The notes beneath the pieces were generated by a model. It did not search any database, had not been told where the DNA came from, and worked only from the letters and a program-made list of their open reading frames with translations. DNA of 64,000 bases. Source: Octopus bimaculoides. Its lineage: Eukaryota. Both the position numbers and the translations under genes were made by a program. The stretch spans positions 84,325,058 to 84,389,057 of the forward strand of contig NC_068985.1 in NCBI RefSeq assembly GCF_001194135.2. The letters run 5' to 3'. Shown here one piece after another: positions 50,986-64,000 of the stretch; positions within the stretch are counted from its first letter, which is position 1; each line of letters begins with the position of its first letter.

Positions 50986-53109
50986 ACCTCCACAAATGCC
51001 ATACCTATCTCCACCACTTGTATCACCATCATACCACTACCACCACCACTACCACCAGCGTTATACCACCATCACTGCCACCACACAAACACTACCACAG
51101 CCATCATACCACTGTTATCTGCATCACTATACCTTCGCCAACTGCATCACCTCCATACAATGCCGTCATCTTCACTCACCACCATGCCGCTACCAAACAC
51201 CCACTACCAGCATATCACCACCTGCTCCACCACCATCACCACCATCAATTATCATCACGAACATTAGCATTGGTATGACCCTAAATGACATCCCTTTTAT
51301 TACAAACAGCATCTCTTTCTGTCACTGCTTCTTCCAAGAAAGCCCCAACAGCACCACAAATACTTGCGCAAACACCACCACCACCACCATTACCTCAACA
51401 TAAGCTATTGAGGGAACCTCAAACTGGTCAAGTTACTTACCAGAGATAACAGCCAATTCTCCCTCAAAACTACGCTCCCTGATTCTTTGATTTGAAATTG
51501 GGAAGGGCACATGGGGGAAATAGACTTCGATAGATGATACCTGAAAGTAAGGAGAGAATACCATGGCGCAAATGACTTATGACTTATGACTTCTGCTCAA
51601 TCGGGTTTTACCAAAGGTCACACAACAACAACAACAACAATAACATGAGCAGTTCTAACACAGGAACCGTCAATACTACGGGTACTACTATAACACTGTA
51701 TCGTTAGCGCTTTGCTCTCACCCTTATTGATGTTTGTTGTTTAATAACTAATATTCGCACAAACAACAACTATAACAGCTACAGCACTAGATCTACTACT
51801 ACTACTGCAGCTACTACTACTTCAGCTACTACTACTGCAGCTGCTACTACTGCAGCTGCTACTACTGCAGCTACTACTACTGCAGCTACTACTACTGCAG
51901 CTACTACTATTTCTATTACTAACCCTATTATTACTATCACCAGTATTGCTAACAACGCCATCAACACTAACAAAAACAACAGCAACAACTCAAGGGAGAA
52001 GTTTCTTCGATTGGCTTTATGGAAATAGCAGCGCAGTCTCCCTCGAATCACACCTTACAGTTGTTTTCCGTAAAAAAAAAATTGCTGATCACATTAAACA
52101 GTGTTGTCTTAACGAGTCATAAAATTACACAGGATGGTCATATTGGGAATGCCTTTGATCATAGATCTGTTTAATCTGGGCTGACCAAGTGTTAAATACC
52201 ACCACTGCAACCACCACCATCACCACCACCACACCAACAACTTCCTAACCCTTTTTACTACCACTGCCAGCATCACTACCACCACTACCATTATTATCAT
52301 CATCACCACCATCATCATCATCATCATCGTCATTTGGAAAACCACTTTTGTATCATATTTCTAACCAGTTGCTTTGACTGGTTGTGTTGTTAAAATGTCA
52401 AGACGACTTCGCTTAAAGCAAGACATATAATCGAAAACGTTCCAAAAATGACCATCCCATCATACTTTTATTGTTTTTCTATCTAGGATGAACTATGGAC
52501 CTCATCAACCAATGTGTCCTTTTTATTCTTATGACAGTAAAATGGGAGATTTGAGCAAGATTTAACTGCTATTTCTAGCAGATTGGACGACCACCAAATA
52601 CGCTTCTTCTTGTTGGTTGTGACATGGATGTTGTTGTTGTTGTTGGTTGTGGTGGTTGTGGTACCAATGATTATTATTGTTGCTGCCACTGTTGTTGCCA
52701 TTGTACTTATTGCAGTTGTTTAGCTCCTGGTCAGTCCTGATCAAGCAGACCTATGGACAAAGTCGTTTCCAGGCGTGACCATCCCCTCATTTTTGTACAT
52801 TGTATATGAAGGAAACTACATTGTGGAGAATGTCTCTTTTTATTTATTAAGTTTGTATGTAGTGATTTGAGGGAGGTTTTGGATATTGTTTCTAGCAAGT
52901 CAAATGACCATGTATAATAAGCTTGCTGTTGTTGCCCGTGATGNNNNNNNNNNNNNNNNNNNNNNNNNNNNNNNNNNNNNNNNNNNGATTATGTTGCCTC
53001 TGACTTACAGGCCTATAATTAATGCATTATGAAGGGGTGTAAATTAGAAGTTAGCAGAGTTTAAAATGAGGAGGGGGAAGAGGAGAGAGATGATATGTGA
53101 GAAATGGTC

Positions 53110-53461
53110 AGGAAGAGAGAGAGAGAGAGAGAGAGAGTAAAAGTGTGAGGGAGTGAGAGGGAGAGAAGTTTGTATTTGTAGTAGAGAGAGAGAAAGAAAG
53201 GGAGAGAAAACTGCATAGAGAAAGAGAGAAAGCGAGGAAGAAAGAGTAATAATCAGAAAGAGAGAGAGAAAAAGAGCAAAAGTGTGATGGAATGAGAGAG
53301 AGAGAGAGGGGGGAAAGAAGTTTATATTTATGGTAGAGAGAAAGAGAGAGATAACTGCACCAAGAGAGAGAGAAGCAAGGAAGAAAGAGGATGAGAAAGA
53401 GAGAGAGAGAAAGAGCGAAAGTGTGAGAGGGTGAGAGAGAGCAGAAGTTTATATTTGTGGT

Positions 53462-53502
<41 letters not shown>

Positions 53503-53552
53503 ATTGAAAAAGAGAGAATAAGAGCAAGAAAGGATGAGAAAAAGAGATGAGC

Positions 53553-53586
<34 letters not shown>

Positions 53587-53681
53587 ATAAAGTGTAAAGT
53601 TTTCCTCAGAGAAAAATATAGAGAGTATGATGTTGAGAGAGAAAGTAAAAGAGGAGATATCAAAGGAGAGTGGGGGAGATA

Positions 53682-53726
<45 letters not shown>

Positions 53727-53760
53727 TAAATATTGAAGAGTGATGAAGTATGAAATCATG
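53110..53760. repeat. Purine-rich degenerate minisatellite (about 130-140-bp units) with (GA)n
   Basis: Recurrent aaagtgtga...gaagttt(g/a)tattt...(aa/ga)(c/t)tgca blocks, 3-4 copies. Confidence 0.75.
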
Positions 53761-56700
53761 AGAAGACAAATAAAGAAAGAAGGGGTGGTATCAAAAGAGA
53801 GAGAGATCGTAAATATTAAAAGAGAGATTTGGTATCAGAACAAGAGAGAAAGATAAATAGATAGAGAGAGGGGGGAGGATGACATCAAAAGAGAAAGTAG
53901 GTATCATATCGAGAGAGAGAGAAAGGGGGTGATGTCCAAAAAGGAGAGGGGAGATATCAAACAGCGAGTGAGAGGATATTTGTCAGGAGAGAAGAAGGCA
54001 AAGGACCAAGACAAGCAATGAGAATGTGGCGAAAAAGGGGGTTCCTCCTTTGGTGATTGGTGGTGATTAGTGGTGGTTTTGGTGGCGGCGGTGGTGGTGG
54101 TATGAAGTAGCGATTGGTGATGGTGGTTAATTAGTGATGGTAAGAGTTTTGTGATAGGTCGTGGTAGTTGAATGGCAATAGTAGTAGTAGTAGGAGTTGT
54201 TTGATTGGTGACGGTAGGAGTTGCAGATTCGGTGGTGGTNNNNNNNNNNNNNNNNNNNNNNNNNNNNNNNNNNNNNNNNNNNNNNNNNNNNNNNNNNNNN
54301 NNNNNNNNNNNNNNNNNNNNNNNNNNNNNNNNNNNNNNNNNNNNNNNNNNNNNNNNNNNNNNNNNNNNNNNNNNNNNNNNNNNNNNNNNNNNNNNNNNNN
54401 NNNNNNNNNNNNNNNNNNNNNNNNNNNNNNNNNNNNNNNNNNNNNNNNNNNNNNNNNNNNNNNNNNNNNNNNNNNNNNNNNNNNNNNNNNNNNNNNNNNN
54501 NNNNNNNNNNNNNNNNNNNNNNNNNNNNNNNNNNNNNNNNNNNNNNNNNNNNNNNNNNNNNNNNNNNNNNNNNNNNNNNNNNNNNNNNNNNNNNNNNNNN
54601 NNNNNNNNNNNNNNNNNNNNNNNNNNNNNNNNNNNNNNNNNNNNNNNNNNNNNNNNNNNNNNNNNNNNNNNNNNNNNNNNNNNNNNNNNNNNNNNNNNNN
54701 NNNNNNNNNNNNNNNNNNNNNNNNNNNNNNNNNNNNNNNNNNNNNNNNNNNNNNNNNNNNNNNNNNNNNNNNNNNNNNNNNNNNNNNNNNNNNNNNNNNN
54801 NNNNNNNNNNNNNNNNNNNNNNNNNNNNNNNNNNNNNNNNNNNNNNNNNNNNNNNNNNNNNNNNNNNNNNNNNNNNNNNNNNNNNNNNNNNNNNNNNNNN
54901 NNNNNNNNNNNNNNNNATAAGGTTAGGGAGCAGTTTGGAATTAGTTAAAAGTTAAGAGTAAAATGCCAATGGATAAAGAGTCTTTTGGTCTTTGTGGTGT
55001 CTGGGAGTGGTGGAAATGGTTTGGGGGGCAAGGAGGAGGAGGAGGAGGAGAAGGATACGGGTGGCGACAATGATTATGATGGTTGCAGTAACAGCAATTG
55101 CTATGTTAATGATGATGACGATGGTGGTGGTGATGGTGGTGACAGCAATGACTGTGGCAACGATGGTGGTGATGATGATGATGATGGTGGTGGTGGTGAC
55201 AGCAATTACTGTGGCAACGATGGTGATGATGATGGTAGTGGTGGTAGTGACAACAGTTATTATGATGATGACGATGATGATGTTTCTGGCATTTGTAGTG
55301 ATTGCTGTGTTTGTGATGATGATGGTGATGGCAGTAGTGGTGGTGGTGGTCGTCGTCGTCATGAGAATGATGACACAGCTAATACGGTGATGGAGATGAT
55401 GATGAGGAGGAGGAGGAGGATAACGATGGGATGGTGGTGGGGATGGCTACAGTTGTAATGACGATGATGGTGATGATGGATCTGGCATTTGTAACGATGA
55501 TTGAGTTTGTAATGATGGTGATGGTGCTGGTGATTGTGGCGGTGGTGGTGATGGTGGTGAGAATGATGACACTGCTAGTATGGTGATGGAGATGATGATG
55601 ATGATAAGGAGGGGTTAGTGGTGGTGGTGGTGGTGGTAGTTATATTTGTGATGATGATGATGATGATGATAACGAGGGGTTAGTGGTGGTGGTGGTGGTG
55701 GTTATGGTTGTGGTGATGATGATGATGATGACGATGATGATGATGACGACGTTAGTGTGGCAATGGTTTCTGTAATGGTGATGGTGAAGGCAGAGGCTTC
55801 AGTGATGGGGCCTGGGGGGGGGGTTATGAGTATGGGATGATGTTCATAGTGGTGGTGATAGTTTATAATGGTAACAGTACAGGTGATGGTCGTGGTGTTT
55901 ATAATGGTGGTGGTGGTGTGTGGTAGTGTTTGTGGTTATCATGATAGCAATGATGATGATGCTGGGTGGTTGTATTGGTTGTAGTGGTAGGTGTCTGCGA
56001 ATGGCAGAATGGGATAGTGGGGGGGGGTTATGGTGGTGGGGCTTGATGGTTGTGGGAGTGATAGCAGTGACGATGATGAGGACGGAGGTGGTGATGACGA
56101 TGATGATAATGGTGACGATGATGACAGCAGCGGTAGTGGTGGTGGTGGTGATGATGATGATGATGATGATGACAGTGATGGAGATGATGATGATCATCAT
56201 GATGAGGGTGGTGTTGGTGGTGTTGATAATGGTGATGATGATGGTGATTGTGATGACAGAGGTGTAGTAATGATTATGGCATTTGCAGTTGTGGCTGTAT
56301 TGTTTGCGATGATGATGATGATGATGATGNNNNNNNNNNNNNNNNNNNNNNNNNNNNNNNNNNNNNNNNNNNNNNNNNNNNNNNNNNNNNNNNNNNNNNN
56401 NNNNNNNNNNNNNNNNNNNNNNNNNNNNNNNNNNNNNNNNNNNNNNNNNNNNNNNNNNNNNNNNNNNNNNNNNNNNNNNNNNNNNNNNNNNNNNNNNNNN
56501 NNNNNNNNNNNNNNNNNNNNNNNNNNNNNNNNNNNNNNNNNNNNNNNNNNNNNNNNNNNNNNNNNNNNNNNNNNNNNNNNNNNNNNNNNNNNNNNNNNNN
56601 NNNNNNNNNNNNNNNNNNGTGACGATGATGACAGCAGCGGTAGTGGTGGTGGTGGCGATGCTGAAATATGATATTTGTGATGGTATAGGGTGGTTGTTGT

Positions 56701-59700
56701 GATGATTTTGGTTGATGATGATGATGCTGTGATGATGATGATTGTGATGATGACGATGATGATGATGTGAAGATGATGATGGTGGTGGTGGTGGTGACGA
56801 TGATGATGATGACGATGATGATGACGATGATGATGATCATTGAGGTGGTGATGGTGGAGGGTTTTGGTGTGGTGTGAGGTCTATGATTTCTCTGGTGTTG
56901 ACGACAGTAAAAATCATAGGGGTGTGGAGAAGGGAGGGGGTGAAATTAGGGGTGGTGGTCATAGTAGGAGTGGTTTTCGTAAAAGTAGTAGTTGTGATGG
57001 TGGTAGTGGTGATGGTGGTGGTGGTGGGGTTGCTATGGGGGGTAGGTTGTGATTTAGTAGTGATTCTTGTGACACCAAGGTGTGGGTGGGACAGTGGTAG
57101 CCGCATCACCAGGTGATGACGATGATGATGATAATGGTGATGGTGATCATGGTATCTTGGAGGTAGTGTTTGTATATGTGAGTGTAAGCATGTCAAGGTG
57201 GTAGTGGTGGGGGGTGGGTGAAAATTTTGATGGTAACAACAGCAGGAGATGAAGAGAAAGACGGCAGTGGTTTGGAAGGAGGTGTATTTGAGGTAGATGG
57301 GAGAGCAAGACACATGCAAAAGAGATTGGTGAGAAAGGAGAGGGAGAGGGAGAGGGAAGATGGCAGTTGTAGTGATAATGCAATCTTAGTGTAGTTAACT
57401 AACTTACCAGACCATCACCACCAAAACAAGGTCCCTCCATCCGCCCACCCATCCATCCAGCCACTCACCTACCCATTTAGCCATCCGTCCATCCAACCAG
57501 CCAACCAACCAACCATCCATCCATCAACCAGCTTTCCTTCCTTCTCTCCTTCTCTCTCTCTCTCTCTCTCTCTCTCCATCCATCCACCCACCACCCATCG
57601 GCCCCATCCCCCAGTATCATCTACCCACTTATCCATTCAACCAAGCAACCAATCAACCATTCATCCGACCCGACCCCGGACCCATCGTCCCCCCCACACA
57701 CACACCCCGCATCCCCCAACACCACCACCATCAAGATAACCATCGTTACTTTTAGACAGGATCATTTTTCTTAAAGGAGTGAGNNNNNNNNNNNNNNNNN
57801 NNNNNNNNNNNNNNNNNNNNNNNNNNNNNNNNNNNNNNNNNNNNNNNNNNNNNNNNNNNNNNNNNNNNNNNNNNNNNNNNNNNNNNNNNNNNNNNNNNNN
57901 NNNNNNNNNNNNNNNNNNNNNNNNNNNNNNNNNNNNNNNNNNNNNNNNNNNNNNNNNNNNNNNNNNNNNNNNNNNNNNNNNNNNNNNNNNNNNNNNNNNN
58001 NNNNNNNNNNNNNNNNNNNNNNNNNNNNNNNNNNNNNNNNNNNNNNNNNNNNNNNNNNNNNNNNNNNNNNNNNNNNNNNNNNNNNNNNNNNNNNNNNNNN
58101 NNNNNNNNNNNNNNNNNNNNNNNNNNNNNNNNNNNNNNNNNNNNNNNNNNNNNNNNNNNNNNNNNNNNNNNNNNNNNNNNNNNNNNNNNNNNNNNNNNNN
58201 NNNNNNNNNNNNNNNNNNNNNNNNNNNNNNNNNNNNNNNNNNNNNNNNNNNNNNNNNNNNNNNNNNNNNNNNNNNNNNNNNNNNNNNNNNNNNNNNNNNN
58301 NNNNNNNNNNNNNNNNNNNNNNNNNNNNNNNNNNNNNNNNNNNNNNNNNNNNNNNNNNNNNNNNNNNNNNNNNNNNNNNNNNNNNNNNNNNNNNNNNNNN
58401 NNNNNNNNNNNNNNNNNNNNNNNNNNNNNNNNNNNNNNNNNNNNNNNNNNNNNNNNNNNNNNNNNNNNNNNNNNNNNNNNNNNNNNNNNNNNNNNNNNNN
58501 NNNNNNNNNNNNNNNNNNNNNNNNNNNNNNNNNNAGTGGTGCTAGTGTTAGTGGTGGGGATATTGGTGCAATGCTATTGGTAGCGGTAGAGGTGGTAGTA
58601 GTATTGGTGGTGGTGGTGTTTTTAGTGTTTGTAATAGTGCTGGTGATGGTGATGGTGGTGTGGGTGGAGGTGGAGTGTAGTGGTGGCTTTGTTAGTGCTG
58701 TTGGTAGTGGTAGAGGTGGTAGTAGTATTGGTGATGGTGCTGGTGTTTTTAGCGTTTGTAGTAGTGCTGGTTGTAGTGTTGTTAGTGGTGATGCTGTTGT
58801 TGATGGGTGGGGATTGGGGGTGTTATTGGTGGTTTTGTTAGTGTTTGTGGTGATGTTGATGTTGGTGCAGTGCTATTGGTAGTGGTAGAGGTGGTTGTAG
58901 TATTGGTGGTGGTGGCGTTGGTGGTGGTGCCTTTAGTGTTTGTAGTAGAGTTGGTGGTGGTTGTGAGGTTACTGGGTTTGGGTAGTGGTGGCCTTGCTAC
59001 TGTTAGTGGTGGGGACATTGGTGCAGCGCTCTTGGTAGTGGCAGAGGTGGTGGTGGTGTTAGAAGTGGTGGTATTGGTGCTGTTGGTAATAACAGTGGTG
59101 GTGGTTATGGTTGTGGCATCATGTGGTTATGTAGTACTAGTGTGCATGTGGTCACACAAGAGTGGCGAAGGTGGTCATGGTGGTGGTGACGGTGGTGGTG
59201 GTGGTGCTGGTGGTAGTGGTGAGCGTATAAGTCTTGTAGTTGTGGCAGATCGCCTGCATATGTATGGGTGATTGGACTGTCGGACGGGGGTGGGCTGGAA
59301 TGGAGTGGAGTGAAGTGGAGCGGAGTGGAGCATGGTAATTGGTGTTGGTGGTAGCTGCGGTGGTGTTAATGTTAGTCGTGTAGTGTCAGCATTTGTAATA
59401 ATGGTGGTGGTGGTAGTGGTGGTGGTGGTGGTGGCAGTGATTTTGTTAATAGTTCTGCTATTAGTCGTGATTGTAGTGGTGATGGTGATAGGGGTGGCAT
59501 TGTTAGTGGAAGAGCAAAGGAACTGATTGAAAGATGTTGAAAATGAAATTTTGGGGGAGGTTTTTATTACAGAGGCAGTGTGGTGAGGGTGTGTGTGTGT
59601 ATATATATATATATTTTTTTTTTTTTTCTTATTTTGGAAAATATATTTTAATGGTTTTTTTTCTTTTTTTTTTGTTTAACCTTCATATATATATATATAT

Positions 59701-60543
59701 TTTTTTGTTTCTTCCATAAAAAAAAAAGTTCCCCTTTTCCTCACTTAAACTTTCCCCCCTTTTAAATGCACGTGCGCTCACGCATACACATGCAAGCACC
59801 CACACACAAACACACACCATACCACACAAGCTGTACACATTCTTTTTTGCTTTTTCTTATTGCTTTCTCTTNNNNNNNNNNNNNNNNNNNNNNNNNNNNN
59901 NNNNNNNNNNNNNNNNNNNNNNNNNNNNNNNNNNNNNNNNNNNNNNNNNNNNNNNNNNNNNNNNNNNNNNNNNATATATGTGTGTGCCTTCTATATTTTT
60001 TCTGCTCTTGTTGATGCTATCATCGTCTTTATTATTATTATTATTATTACTTTTTTTTTTTGAAAATTTTTATTTAGCTTTCTTTTTGTCTTTTTAACTG
60101 TTTGCTGAGATTTATAGTTTGATTTTTGTGTTTTTTTTTTCTTTTCTTTCGTTGTTGCTGTTGTTGTTTTATAAAATTTATATTCAGAAAAAAAAGAAAA
60201 AATGTTTTCTTTCTCTTTTTTATAGTGGTCAGTTTTTCACACTTTTCACTGAATTAAAAAAAAATTAATTCTTTGAACCCTCCACTGTAATGCAACTCCA
60301 TCACAAACCCGTGCTATAATGAAATTTTTTTGCTTTTTTTTTTTTTTGATATTTTCAAAATTCTTCTGAAGAAAAATTTTAAAACTCTTTCTTTGCGCTT
60401 TTTGTTGTTTTTTTTACCTCTATTTTTCTAGTGTTTTTCTTTTCTTTCTCATCATTTTTTTTTGTCATTTAAATGACAATGAGAAGTTGATTATTTTTTC
60501 TATTTTATTATTGAATTATTATCATTTTTATTAATTATTATTA

Positions 60544-60599
<56 letters not shown>

Positions 60600-61427
60600 A
60601 GTCCTGTTGGTGTTATTGGTATTAGTATTTTTCCTTTTGAACATTTTAAAACTGATTGTTTTTTGTTTCATTTTTTTTTTTATGATTTTTCATTCCTATT
60701 TTTTTTTTTTACCAGATTTGTTATTATTGAATTTTATTACTTAAATTTAAAAAAAAAAAGAATTGTTTTTTAAAAAAAAAATTTCTTTTTGAACCAAATT
60801 TTTCTGGTAATGGAATTCGATATTTTAATGATCAAATAATATTACTGGTACCAACTTAGAGATTGCAGCATTGTTAATAAAGTTAGTCAATCTATGTTGT
60901 AGTTATTGTTGTTGTCGCTGCTGTTGTTATCATCATTGTCACACCCACTATCATTGTCCCTCCCTTATCTTTGGTTCTGAGTATCTGTGATGTTGATGGT
61001 GGTGGTGATGGTGATGTTGGTAGCATTGATGGTATTGGAGGTGGTGGTGGTGGCTGTGTTGGTGTGTGCGTTGCTGGAGGTGGTGACAGTGGTGATGGTG
61101 ATGGTGTTGATGTCAGTGATAGTGGTGGTAGCAGCGGTGATCGTATGGTTGGAGTAGAGGAAGACGTAGTATTGGTAGTTGTGATTGTGGTAGCAAAAAT
61201 TGTAGTATTTGTGGTTGCTAGAAACAGAGACAGTTGTGGTAGAGATATTATAGGTTGTTGTGAAAATGGTTGAGGAGATAGTTGTTGTTGACGTTAGAGT
61301 TACAACAGTGATAATTTTAGAAAGGTTTGTGTTGATGTAGTAGCTGTAAGAATGGTTGTAGAGACAGATGTAGTTGTTACTGTAGTAGTGGTGGTCATAG
61401 TGGGAAAGGATGTAAGGACGACAGAGC

Positions 61428-61607
61428 TAAGGCATGACTGTGTGGCAAGAAGTTTGCTTCCCTACTACATTGTTACGGGTTCATTCCCACTGTGGCACCT
61501 TAGTGTTGGTGGTAGTGGTAGCAGTAGCAGTGGTGGTGATTGTATGGTTGGATTAGAGGCAGACATAGTAATATAAGTTTATTTGGCAGATAGAAACTGA
61601 AAGAAGC

Positions 61608-61653
<46 letters not shown>

Positions 61654-61935
61654 CATACATACATATGTGTGTGTGTCTTTGTNNNNNNNNNNACATACAT
61701 ACATATGTGTGTGTGTCTTTGTGTCTGTGTTTGTTCCCCCCCCCTCACCACTTGACAACTGTTGTTGATGTGTTTGCATTCCCATAACATAGCAGTTCGA
61801 CAAAGAGAGACTGATAGAATAAGTACCAGACTTAAGAAAATAAGTACTGGGGTCGATTCATTCGACTAAAGATTTACGATGCTGCCCCAGCATGGCCACC
61901 GTCTAATGACTGAAACAAGTAAAAGATAAAAGATA
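61428..61935 (+). mobile_element. SINE family A interrupted by GT-rich sequence
   Basis: Head ggcatgactgtgtggcaagaag...gggttcattcccactgtggcacc; body resumes at about 61578; tail ctgaaacaagtaaaagataaaagataaa. Confidence 0.85.
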
Positions 61936-62239
61936 AAGTAATTGTGGGAAGAACTGTGGGGAAAAGTAGCTTTGGTAGTTGTGGGAAGGGTCATGGAGAT
62001 CTATGTAGTTAGTGTTGTAATAGCAGTGGTAATCATAGAAAGGCTTGTGGAGAGAAACATAGTTGTTGCTGTTGTGGTAGCAGTAGTAGTGTCAATAGAT
62101 GTGGGAAGACTTGTTGGGAAGACTTGATGTGAAGACACAAGCAGTCGTGGTGGCAGTTATGGAGTGGTTGTAGTGACAGAAGTTGCTACTGTGGGAATCG
62201 TTGATAGTAGATGTAGTGCTGGTAGTTGTGGGAAGGGTT

Positions 62240-62560
62240 TGGCTCAGTGGTTAGAGCATCAGGCTCACATTCATGAGTTAGTGAGTTTGATTCCCAGACT
62301 GGGCTGTGTGTTGTGTTCTTGAGCAAGACACTTTATTTTACATTGCTCCAGTCCACTCAGCTGTAGAAATGAGTTGTGATGTCACTGGTGCCACACTGTA
62401 TCAGCCTTTACCTTTTCTTTGGATAACATTGGTGGCATGGAGAGGGGAGGCTGGTATGCATGGGCAGCTGCTGGTCTTCCATAAACAACCTTGCCTGGAC
62501 TTGTGCCTCGGAGGGTAACTTTCTGGGTGCAATCCCATAGTTTTCATGACCAAAGGAGGT
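62240..62560 (+). mobile_element. SINE family C-related copy
   Basis: ggctcagtggttagagcatcaggctcac...gagtttgattcccagac...ttgagcaagacactttattttacattgctccagtccactcagctg. Confidence 0.85.
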
Positions 62561-63686
62561 CTAAAAAATTGTGGTAGTGGTGCTTGCTGGGAGAAGGTAG
62601 TACTGATATTTTTGAGAACAAAGGAAGTTGTTATGGTAGAGTTGGTAGAAGAGGTAGTTGTGGGAAAAGTTGTGGAGACAGAGGTAGTTGCTATGGAGAT
62701 AGGGTGAGTCATGGGGAGGGTTACAGTGAAGGCTGACGTAGATGCAATTGTTGTGGAAGATATAGAATTCGTAGTTGTAGGAAGGGTTGTGGAGATTGAC
62801 AAAATATAGTTGTGTAATAGCGGAAGGGATAGTATTGTGGGAAAGGTAACTGTGGAGACAGTAATGGTGGTGGTGGTGGTGGTGGGAGTAGTAGTAGCCA
62901 TGGTGGTGGTGGTGAGAGAAGGAGTAGTAACAGAAGTAGCAGAAATAATATTGGTAGTTATGGAAACGGTTGTAAAATCAGAAGTAGTTGTAGTATTGTT
63001 GGTAGAGGTAGTTTTGGTTGTTATTGTCGTTGCTGTTTAGCACCAGTTCAGCTCTGAGTAAGAAGACCAGACCCATGATCAAAAACATTCCAGCCATGAC
63101 CTCCTCATCTGTCTTCTTGAGACTACACAGTGTTCTTCCTTTTCCTTTCTCTGATAACAAACAGGACCACCAGCATCAAGCAAAGCAATGTGCCAGGGGA
63201 CCTTACATGTACAACGCCAGCACACACAGATTAGCATCAGGCTCCCTAGATCCCTGTGGCCCCTGGGCAACTTACTCGCGTGCCTATGCTTTAAGATGGC
63301 ACCGGTGGGCGGATGTGATTTAAAGGAGAATTAGCTGCATGTTGACAAGCCATGCAGAGGCCCCATTGTTGAGCCACATGGTTGTGGTGTTGATAATGTT
63401 CAAAATCTAAATGAGAATAATGATGACAACGGTGGTGGTGGTGGCGGCGGAGGCGGCGGCAATGGTGGTGGTGCTGGTGCTGGTGGTGGGGCTGGTGCAG
63501 TTGGTGGTGGTTTTTGTGGTAGTAGTAATACTGGTAAGATTATTGTTGTTTAGCCGAAGTACCTTCATTAATCAGACCCTATCATCAAAATCTTTCCATC
63601 TGTGACCATCCCATCTATTTTTTTCCTATGCATAGACAAAAACCAACAGCACATTATCCTGTGTCCTTCACTAAGAAAACAACACC

Positions 63687-63739
<53 letters not shown>

Positions 63740-64000
63740 CTATTTGAGGAAGGTTTGACTGCTATTTGCCGCAGGTCAAACAACCAGACAGAGGGTCCCT
63801 TGTTGGCTTGTAATGTTATGGTTTTGGATGGTAGTTGTTGTTGGTATTGGTGTTGGTGGTGGGGTTGTTGTTGTTGTCTTGGTGGTGGTGGTGGTAATGT
63901 TATGACTGGAGTGGTAGTTGTTGTAGTAGAAGTTATAAAAGTAATAGAGGTGATGGTAGCATTCTTGTCATAGTTCTTGTTGATTGAGGTATAAATGATG

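Larger units (their letters stand above)
54050..64000. repeat. Degenerate (GGT/GAT/GTA/GTT)n low-complexity domain
   Basis: Mostly G/T-rich on the plus strand, with a C-rich block at 57400-57780, an AT-rich block at about 59550-60900, embedded SINEs and large gaps. Confidence 0.9.

Noticed and set aside
50806-51403. His/Pro/Thr-rich ORFs
   Set aside because: Products of the CAC/CAT-rich minisatellite; several overlapping frames are equally open.
54920-54930. TTAGGG telomeric repeat
   Set aside because: Single occurrence, no array.
4731-58882. Long ORF-track entries rich in X, or in YI/HT/CV/SL repeats
   Set aside because: They are translations of N gaps and dinucleotide microsatellites, not genes.
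54952-59526. Poly-Asp/Gly, poly-Val/Met and poly-Thr/Ile ORFs
   Set aside because: All frames are open because of degenerate GAT/GGT repeats; no domain or splice support.
2746-62560. tRNA genes or a CRISPR-like array
   Set aside because: The tRNA-like heads lack full cloverleafs and continue into SINE bodies. Repeated units are ~200-bp SINEs in eukaryotic DNA, with no cas genes.

Overview
AT-rich, repeat-dense draft eukaryotic DNA with roughly 6 kb of N gaps. The SINE and LINE families look like those of Octopus (a coleoid cephalopod); this is from recall, not a database match. No complete protein-coding gene is visible, and nearly all ORF-track entries are microsatellite or N-run translations. 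Supported content: several tRNA-derived SINE families, some in head-to-tail arrays; RTE, Tx1-like and RLE-type LINE remnants; a full-length dead mariner with both TIRs; a decayed Ty1/copia RT-RNase H remnant that the ORF track misses; a Penelope-like GIY-YIG remnant; long foldback elements; and a 14-kb low-complexity domain at the right end. Most interesting: (1) a type I hammerhead ribozyme with an intact catalytic core at 38350-38438 (-) next to the Penelope remnant, plus two decayed minimal hammerheads at 5286 and 6521; (2) a strong acceptor followed directly by GTAAGT at 4181-4188 that opens a 77-nt open exon, a candidate recursive-splice exon; (3) a CpG-rich candidate promoter or first exon near 28.7-29.3 kb; (4) hairpins with 90- and 152-bp arms that could be ADAR substrates; (5) a 144-bp local copy pasted into a Tx1 LINE. 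Isolated exon candidates suggest the window lies in large introns, but the host gene could not be identified.
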